The notes below the pieces were generated by a model, which saw nothing but the letters and a program-made list of their open reading frames with translations, was not told where the DNA came from and made no database searches. DNA of 33,235 nt from Verrucomicrobiota bacterium (GTDB taxonomy: Bacteria; Verrucomicrobiota; Verrucomicrobiia; Opitutales; UBA953). This document shows positions 8,595-17,611 of this stretch, piece after piece. A program made the position numbers and the translations under genes. Where the stretch lies: the NCBI GenBank assembly GCA_009917805.1, contig RGES01000001.1, forward strand, positions 1 to 33,235, written 5' to 3'. Position 1 is the stretch's first letter, and the number at the start of each line of letters is the position of its first letter.

Positions 8595-8664
8595 ATTACG
8601 CTCCGCCCGGTCGCCGGTGGCAACCCAAAGCAGGCTTGAGCCCGAGCCCATCCGCCGAAACACT
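8595..8664. promoter_or_regulatory. Back-to-back divergent promoters for nadD and lpxI (both leaderless-type)
   Basis: Minus strand: TTGCCA (8618-8623)-17-CGTAAT (8595-8600)-5 nt-ATG 8589. Plus strand: TTGAGC (8636-8641)-17-AACACT (8659-8664)-6 nt-ATG 8671. Confidence 0.6.
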
Positions 8665-8670
8665 GCCCCC

Positions 8671-9525
8671 ATGGCGTCAGCCTCGCGATTCCTCCCCCCG
8701 GGCTTCGACCCTTCGCTGCCCGTGGCGGTCATCGCCGGCAAAGGACGCTACCCCGCCCTGCTCGCCGAATGCGCCCGCGCCCGCGGAGCCAAGGTGAAGC
8801 TGGTGTCCTTCGAAGAAGAGACCGACCCGGCCCTCATCGCCACCTTCGCCCCTTCCGACCATCGCGCGATTCCCGTCGGCAAGCTCGGCCAGATGCTCGA
8901 CGCGCTCAAGGAACTCGGCGCCGCCGGCGCCGTCATGGCCGGCCAGATCACGCCGCGCAAGCTGTTCACCGGCATGGTCCCCGACCTGAAGCTCATCGCG
9001 CTGATGGCTTCGCTCAAGGAACGGAACGCCGAGACGATCTTCGGCGCGATCTCGGTCGAGATCGAGAAGGTCGGCGTGCGCATGCTCGACGCGCGCATCT
9101 TCCTCGACGACCACCTGGCCTCGCCCGGCTGCATGACCGGCTGGGCCTGCGGCATCGGGGACGATCAGCTCGCCTTCGGGACGCGCATGGCGCGCGAGAT
9201 GGCCCGCCTCGACGTCGGCCAGTCCGTGGTGACCGCCAAGGGCACCGTCATCGCCGTCGAAGCCTTCGAAGGCACCGACAACATGCTGCGCCGCTGCGCG
9301 CAGACCGGGGGCAAGGAGATGCTCCTCACCAAGACCTCCAAGCACGCGCAAGACTGGCGCTTCGACGTCCCCTGCTTCGGCGTCAAGACGCTCGAGAGCA
9401 TGGCCGAAGGCGGCGTGACCAAGGCGGCGCTCGAAGCCGATGCGGTCATCCTCATCGATAAGCCGGCGGTCATCGCGCGCGCCAAGCAGCTCGGCATCGA
9501 CCTCTTCGGCTTCGGCCCCGCCTGA
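8671..9525 (+). CDS. lpxI: UDP-2,3-diacylglucosamine diphosphatase LpxI
   Basis: VIAGKGRYP, VMAGQI, LDVGQSVV, AVEAFEGTD, QDWRFDVP.FG. Start set at ATG 8671 from promoter spacing (the ORF track starts at 8617). Confidence 0.92.
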   Translation: MASASRFLPPGFDPSLPVAVIAGKGRYPALLAECARARGAKVKLVSFEEETDPALIATFAPSDHRAIPVGKLGQMLDALKELGAAGAVMAGQITPRKLFTGMVPDLKLIALMASLKERNAETIFGAISVEIEKVGVRMLDARIFLDDHLASPGCMTGWACGIGDDQLAFGTRMAREMARLDVGQSVVTAKGTVIAVEAFEGTDNMLRRCAQTGGKEMLLTKTSKHAQDWRFDVPCFGVKTLESMAEGGVTKAALEADAVILIDKPAVIARAKQLGIDLFGFGPA

Positions 9526-9534
9526 ACCTGCCCC

Positions 9535-10443
9535 ATGGATCGCCGCCGCTTCCTCGGAACGAGCTTGCTGGCCGGCCTGGCCGCACGGTCCTTCGCCGCG
9601 ACGAAGGAGGATTCTTTCGACTTCGCCTACCTCACGGACATCCATGTCCAACCAGAACTAGGCGCGCCGGAAGGATTCCGCCAATGCCTGCGGGCCGTGA
9701 ACCGCCTCCCTACCCCGGCCGACTTCGTGCTCACCGGCGGCGACCTGATCTTCGACGCGCTCGACGTCGGCATGGACCGCATCCGCGAACAATGGAAGGT
9801 GTTCGACGAATGCAGCAAGGAACTCGCCCTTCCCGTCCACCATGCGATCGGGAACCATGACGTGGTGGGCTGGTCCGCGAAGTCGCCCGTGAAGCCGACC
9901 GACCAGGATTACGGCAAGAAACTCTTCGCCGAACGTTTCGGCCTCGCGCGCACCTACCGCAGCTTCGACCACAAAGGCTGGCACTTCATCATCCTCGATT
10001 CGATCGGCCAGAACCGGGAGACCCTCGAGTACGAAGGCTGGATCGACGACGCGCAGCTCGCCTGGCTGAAGCAGGACCTGGCCGCGACCGGCCGGGCGAC
10101 GCCGATCGTGATGGTCACGCACATCCCTTTCTACACCACCTGGCATCAGGTGCTGAAAGGACCCGATCATCATCTGGACGGCAAGGCGATCGTCCGGAAC
10201 CTGCACACGTTCCGGAAGCTGTTCGACGATTACAACGTGCAGCTCGTGCTCAGCGGCCACGGCCACGTCGTCGAACGCATCGAGATCGGCAAGGTCACCT
10301 ACGTGCAGGGCGGCGCGGTGTCCGGTATGTGGTGGAAAGGCCCGGTCTTCGGCAAGCCCGAGGGTTTCGGCACCGTCAACTGCCGGCGCGACGGGACCTG
10401 GTCGTGGAAATATCGCGACTACGGCTGGAAGGCGCGGAAGTAA
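9535..10443 (+). CDS. Tat-exported calcineurin-like metallophosphoesterase (Icc/CpdA-like)
   Basis: MDRRRFL twin-arginine signal; TDIH, GGDL, GNHD, THIP, SGHGH motifs. Confidence 0.9.
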   Translation: MDRRRFLGTSLLAGLAARSFAATKEDSFDFAYLTDIHVQPELGAPEGFRQCLRAVNRLPTPADFVLTGGDLIFDALDVGMDRIREQWKVFDECSKELALPVHHAIGNHDVVGWSAKSPVKPTDQDYGKKLFAERFGLARTYRSFDHKGWHFIILDSIGQNRETLEYEGWIDDAQLAWLKQDLAATGRATPIVMVTHIPFYTTWHQVLKGPDHHLDGKAIVRNLHTFRKLFDDYNVQLVLSGHGHVVERIEIGKVTYVQGGAVSGMWWKGPVFGKPEGFGTVNCRRDGTWSWKYRDYGWKARK

Positions 10444-10447
10444 GCGC

Positions 10448-10711
10448 TCAGCCTTCGAAGAAATTCCAGGCGACGGCGCTCTCGGCCAGCACCCACGCGG
10501 CCGCCAAGGCGAGCACGAGCAGGATCCACTTGCGATGGCGGGCCCAGATCCCCGGGGTGTCGGCCGCATGATCCAATCCGCGGCGCGCGCTGAGGAGCAG
10601 CTTCAGGCGCGCATGCCAGGCGAGCTTGGTCTGGCTGGAGAGGTCCCGATGCGCGTACGCGTTCACCCGGTAATCGGGCTTGCGGAACAGGTGGAGGAGA
10701 CGGCGCAGCAC
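10448..10711 (-). CDS. Small hypothetical membrane protein (one C-terminal TM helix)
   Basis: Fills the gap between convergent/divergent genes; TM WILLVLALAAAWVLA; promoter TTGTAA-17-TAGGCA lies 6 nt before the GTG start. Confidence 0.6.
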   Translation of the reverse strand: MLRRLLHLFRKPDYRVNAYAHRDLSSQTKLAWHARLKLLLSARRGLDHAADTPGIWARHRKWILLVLALAAAWVLAESAVAWNFFEG

Positions 10712-10717
10712 ATCTCC

Positions 10718-10768
10718 TGCCTACACCCTTTACCCACGCTTTACAAGCGGAGCGTCTCTGGGTAAGCC
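10718..10768. promoter_or_regulatory. Divergent promoters with overlapping -35 boxes (small membrane protein / panB operon)
   Basis: Plus strand: TTTACA (10740-10745)-17-TAAGCC (10763-10768)-7 nt-GTG 10776. Minus strand: TTGTAA (10741-10746)-17-TAGGCA (10718-10723)-6 nt-GTG 10711. Confidence 0.55.
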
Positions 10769-10775
10769 CAATGGC

Positions 10776-11543
10776 GTGAAGTCCACCACCCGGTCCCTCC
10801 GCGCCCTCAAAGGCGTCCGGCCTATCGTCTGCCTGACGGCCTACGATGTGAGCACGGCTCGCATCGCGGACGCCGGCGGGGCCGACCTCATCCTCGTCGG
10901 AGACTCGCTCGGCAACGCGGTCCTCGGCCTGCCCGACACGGTCGGCGTGACCTTGGACATGATGATCCACCACTCGGCCGCCGTCGCCCGGGCGAAGACC
11001 GAAGCCCTGGTGGTCGGCGACCTCCCCTTCGGCCTGGCTCACGACAGTTTCCCCAAGCTCCTCGGTTACTGCCGCCGCTTCCTCCAGGAAGGCGGCGTGA
11101 AGGCCGTGAAGATCGAAGGCGGCGCCTCCCTCGCCCCGGCCATCGCCCGGCTCGTCGACGCGGGCATCCCGGTCATGGGCCACGTCGGCATGCTCCCGCA
11201 GCGCGTGCACTCCGCCGGCTACCGCCGGCGCGGCCTGACGCCCGAAGACCAGCAGAAAGTCCTGATCGACGCCCAAGCCGTGGCCGCCGCCGGCGCCTTC
11301 GCGATGGTCGTCGAATGCGTCGATGAGAAATTCATGCCGAAGGTCACCGAGGCGGTGTCGGTTCCGACCATCGGCATCGGCTCCGGTCGAGGCTGCGACG
11401 GCCAGATCCTCGTGATCCACGATCTCCTCGGCCTCACGCCCGAGCCCCCGCCCTTCGCTCGCCCCGAAGCCAACCTGCACCGTGACGCGGTCGCGGCCGT
11501 CCGCCGCTGGGCCGCCAAGGTGCGCACCAAGAAATCCCAATGA
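10776..11543 (+). CDS. panB: 3-methyl-2-oxobutanoate hydroxymethyltransferase
   Basis: LTAYD, ILVGDSLG, VGDLPFG, VKIEGG, MGHVGMLPQ, PTIGIGSG..CDGQILV.HDLLG. Start set at GTG 10776. Confidence 0.96.
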   Translation: MKSTTRSLRALKGVRPIVCLTAYDVSTARIADAGGADLILVGDSLGNAVLGLPDTVGVTLDMMIHHSAAVARAKTEALVVGDLPFGLAHDSFPKLLGYCRRFLQEGGVKAVKIEGGASLAPAIARLVDAGIPVMGHVGMLPQRVHSAGYRRRGLTPEDQQKVLIDAQAVAAAGAFAMVVECVDEKFMPKVTEAVSVPTIGIGSGRGCDGQILVIHDLLGLTPEPPPFARPEANLHRDAVAAVRRWAAKVRTKKSQ

Positions 11544-12541
11544 ACTGCGTCATCTTCGGAGCCGGCGGCTGGGGTACGGCCATGGCCATCCACCTCGCCC
11601 GCCAAGGCCAGACCGTCACGCTCGTCCCGCGTCGCGCCGAACAGGCCCTCGCCCTCGCCACGACGCGCGAGAACCAGGATTACCTGCCGGGCCATCGCCT
11701 CGACGACTCGATCCAGATCGGCCTCGAGCCCTTGCCGGCGTTGATGGACGCCGATCTGGTCTTCCTCGCCTGCCCTTCCAAAGGCCTGCCCGAGCTGCTG
11801 AAGTCGATCGGACCCGCCGTCCGCGCCTCGGGCGCTAAGATGGCGATCTCCCTCTGCAAGGGACTCGACCTGAACACGCTCCGGCGCCCTTCCGAACTGA
11901 TGGCCGACGCCTTCGGGCCGATCCCGGTCGCCACCCTCAGCGGACCGAGCAACGCCGACGAAGTCGCGCGCGGACTCCCGACCGCCCTGGTGCTCGCGGC
12001 CGTCGCTGACGCCGAACTCCTCAAGGATGTCCAGTCCGCCGTCAGCGGACCGACGCTGCGTGCCTACACCTCGACCGACCTCATCGGCGTCGAGATCGGC
12101 GGCACGCTCAAGAATGTCTACGCCCTCGGCGCCGGACTCTGCGACGGCCTCGGCCTCGGCTCCAACGCCAAGGCCGCGATGCTCACGCGCTCGCTCCAGG
12201 AAATGTCGCGGCTCGGCGAAGCGCTCGGCGCCCGCCCCGAAACCTTCCTCGGACTGGGCGGCGTCGGCGACCTGATGGCCACCGCCCACGGTTCCTGGAG
12301 CCGCAACCGCTCACTCGGCGAACAACTGGCCAAGGACCCTCAAGGCACGCTCGCCGCGCTGGCTTCCCGCAAGGAAGCCGTCGAGGGCCACCGCGCCGCC
12401 GAAGCCCTCTCGAAACTGGCGACCAGCCGCGGCCTCGAAGCCCCGATCCTTTCCTGCCTGCACGCGATCCTCTACAAAGGGCTCGACCCGCGCGCGGGCG
12501 TCGTCGCGCTGATGACGCGCGACCTCCGTCCGGAGGCATGA
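11540..12541 (+). CDS. gpsA: NAD(P)H-dependent glycerol-3-phosphate dehydrogenase
   Basis: GAGGWGTA, LSGPSNA.EV, GVEIGGTLKNVYA, GLGGVGDL.AT...SRNR; ATGA overlap with panB. Confidence 0.96.
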   Translation: MNCVIFGAGGWGTAMAIHLARQGQTVTLVPRRAEQALALATTRENQDYLPGHRLDDSIQIGLEPLPALMDADLVFLACPSKGLPELLKSIGPAVRASGAKMAISLCKGLDLNTLRRPSELMADAFGPIPVATLSGPSNADEVARGLPTALVLAAVADAELLKDVQSAVSGPTLRAYTSTDLIGVEIGGTLKNVYALGAGLCDGLGLGSNAKAAMLTRSLQEMSRLGEALGARPETFLGLGGVGDLMATAHGSWSRNRSLGEQLAKDPQGTLAALASRKEAVEGHRAAEALSKLATSRGLEAPILSCLHAILYKGLDPRAGVVALMTRDLRPEA

Positions 12542-13002
12542 GCGAGCTAGGCGTCGCCTCCCGACCGTCGCCCATCGCCGGTCTCGGACTCTTCGCCACA
12601 CGCGCCTTCGTGGCCGGCGAACGCATCGCCCCCTACTCCGGCCGGACATCCGCCGAGCCTCCGTCGGCGGCGACTTCGGACGGCAAGGTCTACGCCCTGG
12701 AAATCACCCCGGGGCGCTGGCTGGATGGCTCCTCGGAGGAGAACCCCTCGCGGCACGCCAACCATGCCTGCCATCCGAACGCCGAAATGGTCTGGGATGA
12801 AGGCGAAGCGACCGCGTGGCTGACCGCCCTGAAGCCGATCGCCCCCGGCGATGAAATCACCTTCGACTATGGGTTTTCATTGGCCGAAAGCCTGTTTCAC
12901 CCATGCGCCTGCGGGGCCGCCGACTGCGTCGGTCGGATTATCGCCACCCCCCTGCGTCCGGCCTTGCGCCGCCACCTGCGTTTTTCACGTCCAAGGGATT
13001 GA
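12538..13002 (+). CDS. SET-domain protein-lysine methyltransferase with post-SET Cys cluster
   Basis: S.IAGLGLFA, RHANHACHPN, EITFDYG, CACGAADC; ATGA overlap with gpsA. Confidence 0.9.
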   Translation: MSELGVASRPSPIAGLGLFATRAFVAGERIAPYSGRTSAEPPSAATSDGKVYALEITPGRWLDGSSEENPSRHANHACHPNAEMVWDEGEATAWLTALKPIAPGDEITFDYGFSLAESLFHPCACGAADCVGRIIATPLRPALRRHLRFSRPRD

Positions 13003-13053
13003 CCACCCGCATCAGGAAGGTCAGTTTTCGCAGGTCAAACAGCCCATTTCCCC

Positions 13054-14457
13054 ATGAAAAAAGTCGCCCTTACCGAGCTCGATCCCCGGCTCCAGAAACA
13101 GATCACCGCCGCGGACCAGCAACTGAAGACAAACCCCCAGTACGCCGTCGAAGTCCTCACGGGCATCCTCGTCCGTAATCCGGGCTGCATCGAGGTGCGC
13201 CGCACCCTCCGTAAGGCTCAGAAGGCCCTCCATGGCACGAAGAAGGGCCTCTTTGACGGCCTCACGGGAGCCCTGACCTCCGGCAAGATCGCCAAGGCCG
13301 TGGAAGCCGACCCGGTCGCCGCGATCGCCGCCGCCGAGGAAGCCCTCGCCAAGAAACCGATCGACGCCAACGCCAACAAGACGATCGCCCTCGCCGCCAT
13401 CAAGCTGGGCTTCCATGAGCTCGCCGCCTTCGCCTACGAAGAACTCTCCACCAACGAGCCCACCCAGATCCAGCACTTCGTCGACCTCGCGAACGTCTGG
13501 ATCGCCGCCGGCGAGAACGACAACGCCCTCGCCGCGGCCGACAAAGGCCTGAAACTCTTCCCCGGTAACGGCGACCTCCAGGAAGCCGTCCGCAAGGCCT
13601 CGGTCAACAAGACCATGAAGAAGGGCAACTGGGAGGACAAAGGCGACTTCCAGTCCAAGCTCAAGGACAAGGACGAAGCCCTCCGCCTCGACCAGTCCTC
13701 CCGCGCGGTCACCGACTCGGCCACCGCGATCGCCCAGGCCGCCGAACTCGCCCAGAAGATCCAGGCGTCCCCGGACAGCCTCGACCTCTACCGCGAGATC
13801 GTCCGCATGTTCCTCATCGCCGAAGACCTCGACAGCGCCATCGCCTGGCTGCAGCGCGGCCGCATGACGACCCTCGGCAAGGCCGACACCTCCCTCGAGC
13901 GCCAGGAAAGCGACCTCATCATCCGCCGCTACGAGCGCATCTCCAAGCAGCTCCGCGAAGCCATCACGGCCAACCCGGCCGACTCCGCCAGCAAGGACGC
14001 CCTCGCCAAGAACGAGACCGAGCTCAACGACTTCCGCCTCAAGACCTCCATCTCGCTGGTCGAACGCTACCCGAACGACTTCGCCTACCGCTACGAACTC
14101 GGCACGCTCCTCCTCGCGGCCAACCGCCTCGAAGACGCCGTCCAGCAGCTCCAGTACGCCCAGCGTAACCCGAAGTTCCGCCAGCCGGCCCTCCTCGCCA
14201 TCGGTCGCGCCTTCACCCTGGGCGGCAAGTACGACCTCGCCGTCGAGCAGCTGACCTCCGCCAAGAGCGAGGTCCAGCTGATGAACGACCTGAAGAAGGA
14301 CATCATCTACTCCCTCGGCGAGACCTACGAGAAGATGGGCAAGGCCAAGGAAGCCGTCGACGAATACAAGATCATCTACATGGCCGACTCGGGCTACCGC
14401 GACGTCGCCAAGAAGATCAACGACTTCTACGAACGCCAGAAGGGCGCGTCGGCCTGA
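13054..14457 (+). CDS. Tetratricopeptide-repeat protein
   Basis: All-helical, with repeated TPR-like units (YRYELGTLL...DAVQQLQ, IIYSLGETYEKMGKAKEA..EYK.IY..D.GYRDV); very strong codon bias. Confidence 0.85.
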   Translation: MKKVALTELDPRLQKQITAADQQLKTNPQYAVEVLTGILVRNPGCIEVRRTLRKAQKALHGTKKGLFDGLTGALTSGKIAKAVEADPVAAIAAAEEALAKKPIDANANKTIALAAIKLGFHELAAFAYEELSTNEPTQIQHFVDLANVWIAAGENDNALAAADKGLKLFPGNGDLQEAVRKASVNKTMKKGNWEDKGDFQSKLKDKDEALRLDQSSRAVTDSATAIAQAAELAQKIQASPDSLDLYREIVRMFLIAEDLDSAIAWLQRGRMTTLGKADTSLERQESDLIIRRYERISKQLREAITANPADSASKDALAKNETELNDFRLKTSISLVERYPNDFAYRYELGTLLLAANRLEDAVQQLQYAQRNPKFRQPALLAIGRAFTLGGKYDLAVEQLTSAKSEVQLMNDLKKDIIYSLGETYEKMGKAKEAVDEYKIIYMADSGYRDVAKKINDFYERQKGASA

Positions 14458-14520
14458 GCCCCGCCGCCGTCTGCACCCTCTTGCGGTCGGCCTCACCCGC
14501 CCGCCTCCTCCTTCCTGCCC

Positions 14521-15820
14521 ATGGCACTCACTTCCTTTAAGAGCAACCTCATCGCCGACGTCGGCATCAGCATGGGAGACGAAGGCAAAGGTCGCCTCAT
14601 CCCCGAGATCGTCCGCGAACTGCAGACCCTCACCGGCCGCCGCGACGTGGTCGGCACGGTGCTCAAGGTCAACGGCGGCGCCAACTCGGGCCATACGGTC
14701 GCCGGCCTGAAGCTCAACCTGCTGCCGGGCGGCGTGGCCGAACACGACGTCGCCTGCCTGGCCCTCGGCTCCGGCGTCGTCGCCGACCCGCGCAAGGCCC
14801 TCTGGGAAGCCCTCCCGCTCGAGAAGATCGGCATCCCGGTCCTCAACCGCCTGCTCATCGACGAGCGCTGCATGATCAGCGACGTCTCGCACCGCATCCT
14901 CGACCTGGCCTGGGAAGACTACCGCATCCACATCCTCGGCCATGAAGCCCGCGGCTCCACCGGACGCGGCATCACCCCGGCCTACGCCGACGAAGTCGGT
15001 CAGTTCCAGATCCACTATTCGGAATTCCTCGGTGCGAAATCCGACTACGCGACCCGCCTCTCGGCTCGCCTGAACCGCGCCGCCTCGATCGTGCGCGACG
15101 TCTGCAAGCTCTCGCCCGACAAGTGGTCCGGCCTCTTCGCCAAGCTCACCGAAGCCGAACTGCGCGCCAACAAGGGCGCCATCGAATCCGGCGTCTTCAC
15201 GGCCGCGGAATTCGACTTCACCCGCTTCGCCGGCAAGGATCCCTTCACCTTCGACCACGCCGCCGTGCTCGAGTGCTACTGGAAGGCCGGCGCCGCCCTC
15301 GCCCACGCCATCGGCGACGTCCGCGAACGCATCCTCGGCGACCTCGCCGCCGACCGCCGCATCATCGGCGAGTTCGGTCAGGCCTACTGGCTCGACAAGC
15401 GCGCCGGCTTCGCCCCGAACGTCACGGCCTCCCACACCTACACGCCGGAGTTCTTCCAGTCCGCCGGCATCCCGGTCCAGGCGATCCACACGGTCGGCTG
15501 CTGCAAGGGGCTACCGCGACGCGGCCGGCAAGGTGGTCTCGGGCGTCCCCCGCAACGACGCCGTCCGCCGCACCCTGCAGCCCATCTACGCCACCCTGCC
15601 CGGCTGGTCGGCTGACATCACCAAGGTCCGCTCCTACGCCCAGCTGCCCGCTGAGGCGCGTCGCTACGTCGCCTTCACGATGGCCGAGATCGTCCGACTG
15701 GCATCCCGCGGCGGCTCCCTGCCCTACCTCCCGAACCTTCGCTACATCGGCGTCGGTCCGGATCCTGACCAGATCATCTCCGACGTCCCCGCGACGGCCG
15801 AACTGATCAAGCAGGCCTGA
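14521..15820 (+). pseudogene. purA: Adenylosuccinate synthetase, broken by an internal deletion + frameshift at ~15508/15509 (genuine lesion or assembly artefact)
   Basis: N-part has [41 protein letters not shown] and ends ...VGCCK. The C-part, in another frame, is GYRDAAGK...[10 protein letters not shown]...QLPAEARRYV...IGVGPDPDQII. The EFG.TTGR.R and TK.D segments expected in between are absent. Confidence 0.85.
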
Positions 15821-15822
15821 GC

Positions 15823-17223
15823 TCAGAGCAGCGTCCCGCGCAAGACCAAGGCGGCGACGACGAAGTAGATCACGAGTCCGGTGACGTCCACGATGGTCGC
15901 CACGAACGGCGCGGCCGCCTTGGCCGGATCGAAGCCGAGCCGGCGGAGCAGGAACGGCAGCATGGCGCCCGAAAGGCTGCCCCAGAGCACGACGCCGACG
16001 AGGGAAAGGAAGATGACGAAACCGATGAGCATCCAATGCGGACCGTAACCGTACTCCTGCCCGCATAGGTTGGGGAAGAATTCGTGCCACACGGCGATGC
16101 GGGCGAAACCGATCACGCCGAGGATGACGCCGAGCGTGAGGCCGCTCATGACCTCGCGACGGAAGACCCGGAACCAATCCCGCAGGGTCACCTCCGACAA
16201 AGCCATCGCCCGGATCACCAGCGCCGAGGACTGGGAGCCTGAATTGCCGCCGGAAGAGATGATCAAGGGCAGGAACAGGGAGAGGACGACGGCCTTCTGG
16301 ATCTCGCCTTCGAAGAAGCCCATCGCGGTGGCGGTGAACATCTCCCCGACGAAGAGGATCACGAGCCAGCCGGCACGCTGGCGGACCAGCTGCATCAACG
16401 GCGTCTCCAGCAACGGCTCGTCGGGCACTTCGGCGCCGCCCAGCAAGGCGATGTCGCGCGCGGCCTCCTCGGTCGCGGTCTCGAGCACGTCGTCGACGGT
16501 GACGATGCCCAGCACCCTGAGCTCGGCGTTGACGACCGGGATGATGGTCCGGGCGTGACGGCGGAACATGGCCAAGGCGTCGGCCCGCGTGGCCGTGACC
16601 TTGAGGTAGAGCGGCGGAGCCGCCGGTAGTTCGGCGACCTTGATCGCGGGATCGGCGCGGAAGATATCGCGGATACGGTGCACTCCGACCAGGCGACCCT
16701 CGGCATCCACCGAGCAGACGACGTGGACGTAATAGACTTCCTTGGCGCGATCACGGACGTGATCCAACGCCTGCTGCACGGTCCAATCCCGGCTGAGCGT
16801 CACGAAGCTGGTGGTCATCATGCGACCCACGCTATCCTTCGGATAACCGAGCAGCTGTACCGCGATGCGCTGCTGGGCGGGGTCGAGCAGGCCGAGAAGC
16901 CGGACGGCATGCTCGGGGCATTCCTCAAGGAAGGCGGTACGATCGTCGTCCGACATCGCGTTCAGGATCTCCGCGGCCTCGTTGGCGCCCAAGGAACGGA
17001 TCAACGCCTCCTGGGCGTCGGAATCCATATAGCCGAAGATCTCCGAGGCGTCGGCCTTGGGCAGAAGACGGAAACTGACGGCCATCTGCACGGGGTCGAG
17101 TTCCCGGAGCAGGTCGGCGGCGTCGGCGTGCGGCAACTCCAGCACCAGCTTGCGCAAGGCCGCGAAATCACGCTTTTCGACAAGGACGCTGATGTCCTCG
17201 ATGTGCTTTGGATTTGCAGACAT
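15823..17223 (-). CDS. mgtE: Magnesium transporter MgtE
   Basis: MgtE N-domain, CBS pair (GIVTVDDV), LPLIISSGGNSGSQ, DPAKAAAPFVATIVDVTG. Start ATG 17223 lies 7 nt after TTGCCG-17-GAGGAT. Confidence 0.95.
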   Translation of the reverse strand: MSANPKHIEDISVLVEKRDFAALRKLVLELPHADAADLLRELDPVQMAVSFRLLPKADASEIFGYMDSDAQEALIRSLGANEAAEILNAMSDDDRTAFLEECPEHAVRLLGLLDPAQQRIAVQLLGYPKDSVGRMMTTSFVTLSRDWTVQQALDHVRDRAKEVYYVHVVCSVDAEGRLVGVHRIRDIFRADPAIKVAELPAAPPLYLKVTATRADALAMFRRHARTIIPVVNAELRVLGIVTVDDVLETATEEAARDIALLGGAEVPDEPLLETPLMQLVRQRAGWLVILFVGEMFTATAMGFFEGEIQKAVVLSLFLPLIISSGGNSGSQSSALVIRAMALSEVTLRDWFRVFRREVMSGLTLGVILGVIGFARIAVWHEFFPNLCGQEYGYGPHWMLIGFVIFLSLVGVVLWGSLSGAMLPFLLRRLGFDPAKAAAPFVATIVDVTGLVIYFVVAALVLRGTLL

Positions 17224-17272
17224 CGCCCCCATCCTCATCCCATGGGACGCCTTCGGCAAACCCTAATCCCCG

Positions 17273-17611
17273 ATGTCCTCCCTGGAACATAACTTCGCGA
17301 TTCCCCTCTGGGCCCTCGTCGACCAATCCAAGGTCGAGGCCGGCAAGTCGGACATGCGCGGCCTGGCCAAGGAACTCGGCAAGTGGCTGGCCCACAATTT
17401 CGACGTCGACCACAAGGGCGTGGCGATCGAGGAACCCTCCGGCACCGAACCCGGCGCGATGCCGATGTTCGTCGTCGCGGGCGTCCAGCAGGAACAGTGG
17501 CATGTGATGGTCGCCCTCGCCCAGACCCGCGCCTGTCAGCTGTTCGTGGTCCTGCCGACCGAAAGCGGCGCCTTCCGCCTCCAGGAACTGAACGTCCCGA
17601 AGCCGGAGTGA
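17273..17611 (+). CDS. Hypothetical protein (112 aa)
   Basis: Host-like GC3 codon pattern and globular alpha/beta-looking sequence; fills the gap between mgtE and the HDAC gene. Confidence 0.75.
   Translation: MSSLEHNFAIPLWALVDQSKVEAGKSDMRGLAKELGKWLAHNFDVDHKGVAIEEPSGTEPGAMPMFVVAGVQQEQWHVMVALAQTRACQLFVVLPTESGAFRLQELNVPKPE

Noticed and set aside
13021..15489. 822-aa minus-strand ORF
   Set aside because: Antisense shadow of the TPR gene and purA.
15500..15520. Programmed ribosomal frameshift or intron/intein in purA
   Set aside because: No slippery heptamer or inserted element; sequence is missing rather than added, so frameshifting would not restore the catalytic loop.
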